Assembly: GCA_030446505.1 (NCBI GenBank)
Contig: JAUJND010000004.1
Coordinates: 9,099 to 73,098, forward strand
DNA length: 64,000 nt
Reading direction: 5' to 3'
Source of the DNA: Chroococcidiopsidaceae cyanobacterium YX2bin18
Lineage (GTDB): Bacteria; Cyanobacteriota; Cyanobacteriia; Cyanobacteriales; Chroococcidiopsidaceae
The notes under the pieces are model-generated. The model did no database searches. It worked only from the letters and a program-made list of their open reading frames with translations, and had not been told where the DNA came from. Below, piece by piece: positions 9,577-18,751 of this stretch. The stretch's first letter is position 1. Every line of letters starts with the position of its first letter. The translations under genes were made by a program, and so were the position numbers.

Positions 9577-10638
9577 CTAATGTACTTGACTACTGCTGCC
9601 TACTTCTTGAACACCTTGCGCCACAAAACTGGGATAGCTTGAGCTTTGCTGACCCTGCCACTTTCTAAAAAGTTTAGAAGGGTCGCGGGACTGTTTCAAG
9701 TTTTCTTTTATACGAATCGCCTGCCAAGTCGTATCAAACTGATATGCACACTTTGGCTCAACCGAATACATAAAAGCAATCAAACCATCAATCCTCAAAA
9801 TATACAACCCTATCGAATCTGGATCTTGAATACCAATCTTCTCTAAATGGTCTTCTAGACCGTATTTGTAAGCGTAATATAGTAATTGTCTAAGTTGCAT
9901 CTTCACTTGTTTTGGCAGTCGGGGCATCACTTCATCAAAAACTGTCAGTCCAGTTACATATTGAGGTTTACCTCGGCACTGGCACTTCCATTTATCTGGG
10001 TTGAGTTTGAAGCCATAGCTTTCAATGCATCGAGAAATTTTCTTCTTTTTGGGGACTTCTTCACCGGAAAATGTGATGTCATCCGCATATCTAGAGTATG
10101 AACAACCATATTCCTGACCTATTTCAACTAACTTCTTATCTAGTTCGATACAAACTAAGTTAGCTAAAATCGGACTCGTGTTAGCTCCCTGTACTAAGCA
10201 TTCATTGAGAGTACAAACCTGTGCAAATATAGATGCAACCTCCTGATTACATCCAAGTAGTTCTTCAAAGACCTGAACAACTTTATCAATTTTGATGGAT
10301 TCAAAGAAATCTTTGATATCTAAGTTAAGAACATACCTACGACCTAAATGTATAGAGGCATTTGTAACGATTGACCTTTTAGATACAAATCCCTGAACAT
10401 ATTCAGGAAAATCAACCTTTGCGGCAATGGATGTAAGAATATTCTTATGTATGTTTTTGAGATTATCATTTACCTCGTATACGATTCGAGGTTCTGAGCG
10501 TCTCTTCCTTGGAACACATAATGATTTGTAACAACTAGCAGGATAATCAAGTACATACTGAATAAAGTTTGGTTGACAACCCAGTACCCCTGCAACATCC
10601 TTAATATTATCTAGTTTTTCAAAGTCAAAATAATTCAT
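9577..10638 (-). CDS. Retron-type reverse transcriptase
   Basis: 353 aa. RT motifs LNLDIKDFFESI, LVQGANTSPILANLV, YSRYADDITFSG, GFKLNPDKWK, plus retron hallmarks SKRSIVTNASIH (NAxxH) and QYVTGLTV (VTG). No maturase/X or endonuclease domain. Confidence 0.85.
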   Translation of the reverse strand: MNYFDFEKLDNIKDVAGVLGCQPNFIQYVLDYPASCYKSLCVPRKRRSEPRIVYEVNDNLKNIHKNILTSIAAKVDFPEYVQGFVSKRSIVTNASIHLGRRYVLNLDIKDFFESIKIDKVVQVFEELLGCNQEVASIFAQVCTLNECLVQGANTSPILANLVCIELDKKLVEIGQEYGCSYSRYADDITFSGEEVPKKKKISRCIESYGFKLNPDKWKCQCRGKPQYVTGLTVFDEVMPRLPKQVKMQLRQLLYYAYKYGLEDHLEKIGIQDPDSIGLYILRIDGLIAFMYSVEPKCAYQFDTTWQAIRIKENLKQSRDPSKLFRKWQGQQSSSYPSFVAQGVQEVGSSSQVH

Positions 10639-10924
10639 TAGGAGAGATCCGAGGGAGTAAGGTTACTAAATTGAGATATCCTGAACCGAGCGCGACTCGC
10701 ACCCAGTAGCTAATGTTTACGCCCTCAGATCCACACTAAATTATACCCTAACTAAAATTAGACTTGCCAGTTCTCAATTACACGAAGGGATTCTTGCGTG
10801 TAAAAAATTCTCCTGTTCCATAATTGTGAATAACTCTGATTTTAGGACGCAGCATAGAAAAGTGCCTTGCTTGCCAAGAGCCTGAGTTGTCACACTTATT
10901 AATCTCTCCACCTTTTGCATCCTC
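10639..10924 (-). ncRNA. Candidate retron non-coding RNA (msr-msd) region; boundaries not determined
   Basis: 286-nt ORF-free spacer between the DUF3800-like gene and the RT on the same strand. Nested inverted repeats (minus-strand sense): GGAGAGAT (10909..10902) with ATCTCTCC (10648..10641); GGATCTGAGGG (10732..10722) with CCCTCGGATC (10655..10646, one G-U); AATTGAGA with TCTCAATT; local hairpin ACACGCAAG/CTTCGTGT. Confidence 0.35.
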
Positions 10925-11515
10925 CTAATCCTTAAATACAGCTGCGACATAGTCTGCTACGGCTAGGCATGATTCTTCTTTACCAGCACTTCTGACTACT
11001 GGAGGACTAAGGAATTTACATACATCTTTCAACTGAATTTCATGAACTAATCGCTCTGTAATGGTTTTTAATTCCTGTTCACGAGCATTTAAAGAATTAG
11101 TATGCTGCTCGAAACAGATATTGACGATTGAATTATTATATTTACGCAGTCGATCATGCATCAACTTGCCAAAAAGTTGGTCGTACCAACCAAATCCTTC
11201 ACTAGCACAAAAGTCATGCCTCTTGCGTTTGTAACATATGTAAGCTTCAAATGGCAGTTCAGAAATTAAGTCAATAACTTTACTTCTAACATCCTGATGA
11301 TCTTCACAGTAATGAAAGCCTTTTTTTTGCAAATTTTTGACACTTGGAATATCTTTATATTGCTTCTCTTTTGGTAGGTCTAGCTTAAATTTTTCTAACC
11401 TATCCCTTAAATGTTTTGGTTCGCTTGTTGTAATACAGGCGATTGCAAGAATCTTTGATTCTTCATCAATACCTGTTTCATCAATGAACATGAAAACATT
11501 TTGGGTTGCCATCAC
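10925..11515 (-). CDS. DUF3800-like protein, putative retron effector
   Basis: 196 aa; N-terminal VFMFIDETGIDE resembles the FIDESG signature of DUF3800. Co-oriented directly upstream of the RT. AT-rich by eye. Confidence 0.6.
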   Translation of the reverse strand: MMATQNVFMFIDETGIDEESKILAIACITTSEPKHLRDRLEKFKLDLPKEKQYKDIPSVKNLQKKGFHYCEDHQDVRSKVIDLISELPFEAYICYKRKRHDFCASEGFGWYDQLFGKLMHDRLRKYNNSIVNICFEQHTNSLNAREQELKTITERLVHEIQLKDVCKFLSPPVVRSAGKEESCLAVADYVAAVFKD

Positions 11516-11549
11516 AGCTACTCAAGACTCAGGACTCAGCGCTCGCAAT

Positions 11550-12049
11550 TCAGGATTTACGTAGTTGGCTTACTAGGTGAGTTAGTTCTGGCAAAATCAG
11601 CTGTTGCATAGCTAGCTTGACAGCGTTGGTTGAACCAGGAAGGGAGAAGACTAATTTATTTTGATAAACACCAGCGATCGCCCGTGACGCGATCGCTCGT
11701 GAACCAATTTCTTGATAACTCAGCCAGCGAAATAACTCTCCAAATCCGGGCAAGGTTTTTTCTAGCAAACCCTCAATTGCATCGTAAGTAGTATCTCTGG
11801 GCGCAATACCAGTACCACCATTAAAAATCACAGCGTCCAAATCCGAGCGACCCAGCACTTCCATTTGAGCTTGAATCTCTATCGGTTCATCTTTGACAAT
11901 TGTGTACGCTCCCAAACTGTGATCCGCATCAAGGAGTAGTTGCTTAATTAACTGTCCACTACGATCTGTTTCAAGGGAGCAGTATCACTAACTGTAATCA
12001 CAGCGCAATTCACTATTAGCTTAGCGGTGTCAGGGTGAGGTTGCGCCAT
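11550..12049 (-). pseudogene. moaB: Molybdenum cofactor biosynthesis protein B (MoaB/Mog family), one frameshift near 11985
   Basis: ORF 11550..11915 has GGTGIAPRDTTYDAIEGLLEKTLPGFGELFR and SLPGSTNAV. The N-terminus MAQPHPDTAKLIVNCAVITVSDT (ATG at 12049) is in another frame and rejoins as ETDRSGQLIKQLLLDADHSLGAYTIVKDEP. Confidence 0.75.
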
Positions 12050-12096
12050 TCAATTAAGGGTTAAAACTGATAGATAGTAGGCAATTGGCTACAAAA

Positions 12097-12433
12097 CTAG
12101 GACTTGTTAAATCCTAGACCATGATCTCCGGCATACCTTTCCATAAAGCGCATGAAGCGATTCCATTCATCTGCCGATCTCATCAGGTACAACACTTCTA
12201 AAGCTTCAGGCTTACCATTAACAAATTTGCCTTTAACTTCGCGGGTTACTAATTCCCCTTCCTCATCAACCATGTACATCCCAGTAATTTCGTCAGCGCT
12301 GCCACTGTTTAAAGCTTTTGGGATTCTGGAAATAAAATGTCGCAGTACCATTGCTACCATCCCGCGAACGGGTGAGACGCACATCTGGGATAACTTCTTC
12401 ATCGATACCTCTGGCAAATTGAATTTGAGCCAT
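12097..12433 (-). pseudogene. psb28: Photosystem II assembly protein Psb28, single frameshift at an A4/T4 run (12316..12319)
   Basis: C-terminal [32 protein letters not shown]...[23 protein letters not shown] is a strong Psb28 match. The N-terminus [39 protein letters not shown] reads in the adjacent frame from ATG 12433. Confidence 0.85.
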
Positions 12434-12751
12434 AATTAGGGCAATTAAACTTTGTATAAGTGTTAATCTACTATTTTCTCATTATTTAGATCAAACCTGT
12501 ATCGCTGCTGCTGATGTTAAGTTGCTTCGTACTCTAAAAAATCCTTGATTAAGCAATCTGAGTAGAAAACTAAAGTTGCTGCCTTAATTTAAGACTGAAC
12601 AAGCGCGATCGCAATTGGTTGGTCAATTGCAAGTAACTCCTTAACTGCCCTTGAACTTGATATTGCAATGATTTCGCCGTGTTCTTATTTTCTCGCTCAG
12701 GTTTTAGTCTACAGATGCATCAAGAGATTTTTACAAAAGGAAAAGTTTTGG

Positions 12752-12791
12752 GATGGTACGCATTAGGCATCAAATATGGTAGCGTACCATC
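12752..12791 (-). terminator. Stem-loop downstream of the methyltransferase gene
   Basis: Perfect 10-bp inverted repeat GATGGTACGC (12752..12761) / GCGTACCATC (12782..12791) with a 20-nt loop, about 40 nt past the stop at 12829. The T-tract is weak. Confidence 0.35.
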
Positions 12792-12828
12792 TCCACTTTT
12801 GCGACACAACCCGAATTGCTGCCAAGAT

Positions 12829-13962
12829 TTAAGCAAGGGTTAATAAATACTGACCGTTGCCGTTATATTCACCATCACAGGTTTCAAAAATTGTCCCCAG
12901 CAGCAGTAAGTAGAATCTCCAAATCCGACGGAACTTGGCGTAATCCATGCCATAGTCTAAATGCTTGACACTCTCTTGATGAGCATCAAATCTCTGCAAC
13001 CAGTCCGTCAATGTCTTATGGTAGTTCATGCCGTTCATGTACCATCTGCTGATGGTTTTAAGATCTCGGTTATGACTAGGAACAGCATCATAATTCCAGT
13101 AGCGACCATGAGGAAAAATATACTTGTGCGTAAAGCCAGACGACATATTGTTGGGGATGCGAACAGTGATGATATGAATAAATACCTTACCGTCACTCTT
13201 TATGAGAGAAGCCAGCTTTTGGAATGCATTTGTCAAATTTCCTACGTGGCAAAATACACCAATCGAGAGAACTTTGTCAAATTTTTCGGCAAACTGAGCA
13301 TCGTTTAAATCACCCTCGTATAAGGTAAATCGGTCTGAACTCAGGTAGCTCTCAGGATCTTGCATTTTGTGGCGGATATATTGGCATTGTTCATGACTTA
13401 AATTCAGCCCCGTGAACCGCACATTGGGGAACTTAGAAAGAATATAGTTGGGTACACAGCCCCAGCCACATCCAAAATCCAAAATATGGTCTCCATCCTT
13501 GATCTCTAGTCTCTCAATCACCTGATCGATCATGTGCATTTGGGATTCTTCTAGATCGGTTGCTCCTCGTTCCCAGAATCCTGTACTGTACTTGGGGTAA
13601 ATTAGTTTCCAATCCCCCAACATTCTATTCAGCATTTCTTGAGGTAAGTCATACTGAACCTTCATCAGTTCTCGCGAACCTTCAGCAAGGTGCTCGGATT
13701 CGTTTAATACCCAATCATAGGGAGCAAGCAGACTAGGACAATGTTGAAACAGAATGGGCATAGAGGTATGTAAAAGTGCTCGGAAGACGGAATCCGGTAT
13801 TTCTAAACCATCAATATACGCTTCTGCCAATGCCATTTGAGCCGCATTGAAAACTGTAGCTATTTCCCTCGTAGCTTTGTACGCTATCGGACTTTTTAAA
13901 TTGATATCTCCCATAATAGGGATGTGCTTTTCGATATCTAGGAAAACATTTGTAGAAGTCAT
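12829..13962 (-). CDS. SAM-dependent methyltransferase of the cyclopropane-fatty-acyl-phospholipid synthase (CMAS) family
   Basis: 377 aa; SAM motif I ILDFGCGWG, with length and block order typical of CFA/mycolic acid synthases. Confidence 0.7.
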   Translation of the reverse strand: MTSTNVFLDIEKHIPIMGDINLKSPIAYKATREIATVFNAAQMALAEAYIDGLEIPDSVFRALLHTSMPILFQHCPSLLAPYDWVLNESEHLAEGSRELMKVQYDLPQEMLNRMLGDWKLIYPKYSTGFWERGATDLEESQMHMIDQVIERLEIKDGDHILDFGCGWGCVPNYILSKFPNVRFTGLNLSHEQCQYIRHKMQDPESYLSSDRFTLYEGDLNDAQFAEKFDKVLSIGVFCHVGNLTNAFQKLASLIKSDGKVFIHIITVRIPNNMSSGFTHKYIFPHGRYWNYDAVPSHNRDLKTISRWYMNGMNYHKTLTDWLQRFDAHQESVKHLDYGMDYAKFRRIWRFYLLLLGTIFETCDGEYNGNGQYLLTLA

Positions 13963-14184
13963 TTTGAATATCCGCTAAGGGTACTAGTCAAATCATGGGT
14001 TATGAAGTACATCGAGAGGATTGACAACAGGTCAAGAAAGTCTTATTACACCTCGGTAAATTGAAGTTTTATTAAGGCGGTATGCAGATATCTATATTCC
14101 AAATACTGACTTGATATTCACCATAGAGGAATTTGAGGAATTGATCCAGCACAAAAGCCTCGATAAGCAATTGCTCTTTCATCG

Positions 14185-15130
14185 CTAATGTTCGGAGCAG
14201 AGTTCTTTAACTAGCTCTCGGAATAGCAAATCGACTGCTTTCGAGCAAACACGCGATCGCGCTAATTTGACTGGTCGATGTTTCTTCTCATTGTCGAGCG
14301 TTTCGCCTAAAAGCTGTCCGGTCGGATTCTTAAGCCGACTTTTACGAGGCTCAATTCTTGTGAATAACCACTGCCAAAGCGCCATGCGACACAGGTTAGA
14401 ACCAGCTTTTTTAGTGCGAGTCTTGTCTCCTGAGTCCTCACGAGTAGGAGCTACGCCTAGCGCTTTCTGGAACCGTCGCCGCGACAAGTGGCGCTTGGTA
14501 GGATTGCCAGACACCTTAGACTCGCCAACCAATGAATCCACAAGGAGCAGCCCGAATTGCTTTTGGGCAGTACACGGCGTGGCGGTGGGAAGGCATGGGA
14601 CGAGCGATCACCACGAAGCATTGGTACAGGTGGTTGAAGTCAAGGTGCATCGAGATTTGAACAAAGATATGCAGCGGACGGGCGATACCAGAGTTACTGC
14701 CCAGGCAGATCGCACTGATACCGGACTATTCGGCATCAACCAAAATTAGGGTTACGATATGCCGACGAACAATATTGCTAATGCCAGCGCTGGCTGCTTG
14801 CTTGGCCGCACACGGGAAGGGCATCGGGAATTTATGCAGCTGATTAAGGGAGATAGCAGATATCAGCGCGATCGCTCCTTCATCTTCACTACTACGGTGA
14901 TTGCTGGTGATGATTTGTTTAAACGTCTTGGCTAGTACTGCTCTTAAGAGTGTTCTCCACAAGAAGGCTTAAACGCGATCATAGTTCAATAGATACCTCA
15001 ATTAAAGCGATGCTCCATGCCTGTAATTCAACGGGCAGCTTGTCCTCAATTGGACCGAGTTGCTCCTTAAGGAAGCGCTTGAAAGCATCCTTGAGTATCG
15101 TCTGGGGCGTTTCGTTGAGGTCTTCGGGCA
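14185..15130 (-). pseudogene. Degraded IS110-family-like transposase remnant
   Basis: ORF 14185..14541 contains FQKALGVAPTREDSGDKTRTKKAGSNLCRMALWQW, resembling the Transposase_20 C-terminal block (aGLtPxxxxSGxxxxgkxrisKxGnxxLRxaL). Upstream fragments lie in several frames. No ends identified. Confidence 0.4.
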
Positions 15131-15196
15131 TTTTAAGTTTTGTAACAAACTTACACAAGTCGCACAAGTCACACAACTCATAGTTTACGCCACAAA

Positions 15197-15412
15197 GAGG
15201 CAGGGGAGCAGGGGAGATGGGGAGCTGTTCTTGGCAACCCCATAGATAAATCTAGGGGAACCTGTGATAAGGACGTGCGTGAACCTTGCTGCAAGCAGTC
15301 TCGGTCCAATTAATTCTTGTTCTCCACAACTAAAGTTGGGGGCTTGTACCACATGGCAGAGGGGCATTTTTCTTCTTTCCCCCCTGCCCCTCTGCTCCCC
15401 TGCCCTCCTGCC
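15197..15412. repeat. Octamer-armed inverted-repeat element (MITE-like), copy 1
   Basis: G-rich arm ggcaggggagcaggggagatggggagc (about 15197..15226) and C-rich arm cccccctgcccctctgctcccctgccctcctgcc (15379..15412) are inverted repeats. The core shares three colinear blocks with the element at 50526..50863 in opposite orientation. Confidence 0.7.
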
Positions 15413-15753
15413 TTTTGGTCAAAGCCTATCTGTGGGGATTCAGTGTACAGCGACTAGCCAGTATTTCCGAATTTATAACGACTTGGGAGTGCTACCGTTG
15501 TCAGCATTGGACGTGAAGTTAGACGTGCCAGTAGATTTGTTTACAGCAGATGATCGGCTACTCGACCCCCGACTACGACGGCAGACCAACAGCGTTGTGT
15601 CAAAAACTTAGCCGAAGGGAAGCGCTCACGGTTGCAACATCCTGAATTCGATTAGAACTACGCAAGCTTTTGTCTACCTTGGGTTGTACCCAGTGCTTGA
15701 AAAATTCCCTAGCCTGATCTTAAAGAGCACTTAAATATAGGAAAAACAATTGT

Positions 15754-16313
15754 ATGACAACCGATATTTCTACTGAGAGTAAAAGGTGGTAATAGTTCAC
15801 TTTTGATTGGCGTTCTCCTAATTGTTTTGGGGGATTGTGGCGATCACTCAACCAGCAGTATCGACGATTTTCGCTGAGACTTGGTTTGCTGTAATCCTGA
15901 TTTCAGCAGGAGCAGCTAAGGTAGGCTACGCGTTTCAAACACGCAACTCTGGCGGCTTCATCTGGAAGCTTTTATTAAGCATTCTCTACATTGCGATCGG
16001 ACTGATGCTGTTTTTTTCCCCTTAAGGGTGTCCTAACACTGACCCTGTTGCTTGGTAGCTTTTGCTGACTGAAGGCGTATTCAATCTGATCCTGGCATTC
16101 CGGTTGCGTGGGCAACAAAACTGGACATGGGTATTGGGTGACAGCATCATTACTCTACTGCTAGGCGGAATGATTTGGTTCCAGTGGCCCTTCAATGCTC
16201 CCTGGCTGATTGGGACTCTGGTTGGTGTCAGCGTTCTATTCACTGGCATTTCACGGGTGATGCTGTCGTTGAATGCGCGAACAGCCCTGAATCCTTCTGA
16301 ATCCGCTTCTTGA
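15754..16313 (+). pseudogene. HdeD/DUF308 family membrane protein, at least three or four frameshifts
   Basis: MTTDISTESK..., then SSLLIGVLLIVLG, GIVAITQPAVSTIFAETWFAVILISAGAAKVGYAFQTRN, and LTEGVFNLILAFRLRGQQNWTWVLGDSIITLLLGGMIWFQWP...VGVSVLFTGISRVML, in different frames. One shift is at a T7 run near 16010. Confidence 0.65.
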
Positions 16314-16439
16314 GCGCGAATAAACTTAGCAGACTACCCTAGCTGCTGAATTTACTCGCGGTAATCACTCACAAGCGACCTTATTGTTTCTCGGTAGTAG
16401 TCCTAACTCATTTAGGACTACCAAGACTTAGTAACTGGA

Positions 16440-16862
16440 GCTAAGCAATGCCATGCTATTCTGCTTTACCCGATATTGCAGGATATTCGTATTTATCAGT
16501 ATATTCACAAGCTCCACCAGCCTCAGTAGCGATGTTGGAGCAGCGTTTTCCAAGGCAGTCTTGCAGCAGGTGGAATTGCTGCCCTTGCCAGGATTGCAGC
16601 AGCGGGTGAGCCTGTAGGGGCAGGTGTATGTTCTGTACCAAGTAACCAAACGATGGAGATTGCAGGTATTGGTGTACGTGCTACCTTCCGCCGTCGAGGT
16701 GTGGCAGGAGCACGCATGACTCGATAATGCAGGAAGCTTTTGCTGCGGGTATTGCTGTATCCTTCTTGATGGCTGCACATGAAGCAGAAGCAAGGATATA
16801 CGCTCGTGCAGGCTTTTTCCGTGCTCGGTGAGATTCTACATATCTCGCGTCCGCAAGCCTAG
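16440..16862 (+). pseudogene. GNAT-family N-acetyltransferase fragment(s), frameshifted
   Basis: My plus-strand translation gives MEIAGIGVRATFRRRGVAGA (GNAT motif A), then IMQEAFAAGIAVSFLMAAHEAEARIYARAGFF and EILHISRPQA-stop (16860..16862) in shifted frames. The N-terminal extent is unclear. Confidence 0.5.
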
Positions 16863-17165
16863 ACAATCCCGTTTGAAAGCAAGCAACGCAACACCGCCAA
16901 AACCGAGGAAGTGAAATTTTATAATCATGGCTGGGGCTGCTTACTAAAAGGCGATCACCTGGAACGCAAATTACAGTGCTATAACTTCGATCTGATGAAG
17001 TCAGAATTCCTGAGTTAGATTCGAGCGTTGGTTCCGAAGCGAGGACGAAGCGCGGTAAGCGAAACCATGCCGAAGGCGATTTGCCTTTGGCAGTACCGCT
17101 TGGTATCGCCACCATCAGCCATGGTAGAGTCGAGGGCGGGTATTATCCCGCGCCCCTCTCTGTTA

Positions 17166-17199
17166 GATCCGTGCGTAAAACTTTCGCCTTACACGGCTC
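17166..17199 (-). ncRNA. Group II intron domain V
   Basis: Minus strand reads GAGCCGTGTAAGGCGAAAGTTTTACGCACGGATC: a 34-nt hairpin with the AGC triad and a GAAA tetraloop, as in the domain V consensus. Confidence 0.8.
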
Positions 17200-17371
17200 C
17201 CGATTCAATTAGGCAGTGCCTTTGCTCATGTGTATGTAATCGTGGCAGGACTCGTGTAGAGCTTCCAGATTATTTAATTTCCAGTTGTGTTGGTTTCCGT
17301 CCTTGTGATGCAAGTTAACTTGCTCCTCGGAGAGTTGTCTTTAGTCCACATCTAGCACATGAATGGTTTTG

Positions 17372-18751
17372 TCATTTTAAGACTTTAGAGGTTACACCTT
17401 CATAGAGCTTACTATTACGTTCGCTCCAGTAGGTCAGATCGCCGTCAAAAGGTGATTTATTACCTTTGACGAGTATGTGTCTGTTTTCGGAGTAAGGAAC
17501 AGATGGAAAAGCTTTATCTAACAATTTCTTGCTAGTGTTGCGATTCTGTTTCGATTCCTTGTTGAATACCTTAAACGCTCTTGTTTCAATGTGAAATAAC
17601 GAGTTTCTCGACCCATCCATTTTGCAATAGCGGTGGTAGTTCCTCCAACCCCTAACTACCGGGGCTAATTTCTCAGCCTTTGTGGTAGCGCCATAGTTCG
17701 AGTTGTTGACTATGTGTTTTACTTTCCGTCGAAAAGATTTAAAGTTGTCCACAGAAGGAACGCATCTAAACTTTCCGTTGCTCTGCACTTTGAAATGCCA
17801 GCCGAGGAAATCAAACCCATCTGTCGTTGCGGTTAATTTCGTCTTCTTTTCACTTACCTTTAATCCTCTTTCTGCTAGGAATTGACTAATTCGTTTCAGT
17901 ATTTCCTCGGCATTGTCTTGGGGTCGAAGTATTATCACCATGTCATCCGCATAGCGGATTGTTGGTGTAGATAGATGTCCATCGTTTCTATAACTATGGA
18001 TACTTTCGATGCCGTTTAACGCGATGTTGGCAGTGGGCTAACGACCCCGCCTTGTTGCGTTCCTTGTTCAGAAAAATCCTAGGTTAACTCCTGATTTAAG
18101 ACAGCGAAAGATTCCTGTCTTAATGCCTGCTGGGGCGATGAGTCTGTCCATTATGGATGAGTGGTTAATCCTGGTCGTTGCCATTTTTCGATATCGAGTT
18201 CGATGACTCGCTTTTCTATTCCGTGTGCGAAGGAGCGCAGGTTTATAAACAGGATTTTCTGGGCATCATGTGCCGAGCGTCCAATCCTAAACCCATAGCT
18301 TCTTGCATGAAACGTTGCTTCGTGGGCAGGTTCTAGCGCGTATTTTGCGAGGCATTGCCATGCTCTATCTGCGATAGTAGGGACTCTTAGGATGCGTTTC
18401 GTTCCATCCTTTTTTGGGACGGGAATTTCCCGCAGCTTATTATGAATCCAAGTGTTAACGTTCTCTTTGAGTAACACACTCAAGTTGAAGCGTTCCTCGA
18501 ATGTAAGGGACGCTTTGCCGTCAACACCCGCCGTTTTCTTGCCATCATTCAACTGAGTGACCTGACGTATTGCCAGATACCTCGCAGCCTTTGACTTCAA
18601 GATTAGTTTCTGAAGTGACTTTGCTTTGCGCTTGTCTCCAACTGAAACTGCTTTGAACACTCGTTTTTGCAAGCGGAATAAGTCTATCCGAAATTTCTTC
18701 CAGGGTAGATTCTTCCAGAGTTCACTCTTCTTTGCTGCTGTGTCTAACCAT
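17372..18751 (-). pseudogene. Group II intron reverse transcriptase/maturase, fragmented by frameshifts
   Basis: ORF 18151..18672 (TAGVDG, RVPTIADRAWQCLAKYALEPAHEATFHARSYGFRIGRSAHDA), RYADDMVII spanning about 17941..17965, and ORF 17372..17941 (FDFLGWHF, RGWRNYHRYC maturase X). The N-terminus MVRHSSKEE at 18751 is in another frame. The region 17942..18150 is out of frame. Confidence 0.8.

Noticed and set aside
10646-10732. The 10-11-bp pair GGATCTGAGGG/CCCTCGGATC as the complete a1/a2 closure of the retron ncRNA
   Set aside because: It encloses only about 65 nt, which is too short to hold both msr and msd. I therefore treat it as one of several competing helices within a larger candidate region.
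16428-17115. Overlapping minus-strand ORFs (121, 85 and 144 aa), and the longer ORF obtained by conceptually splicing the group II intron exons
   Set aside because: They lie antisense to a region with clear plus-strand GNAT motifs. Their Ser/Arg/Leu/Cys-rich composition is typical of antisense frames. The in-frame exon junction starts only 8 codons before the splice site and is most simply a coincidence.
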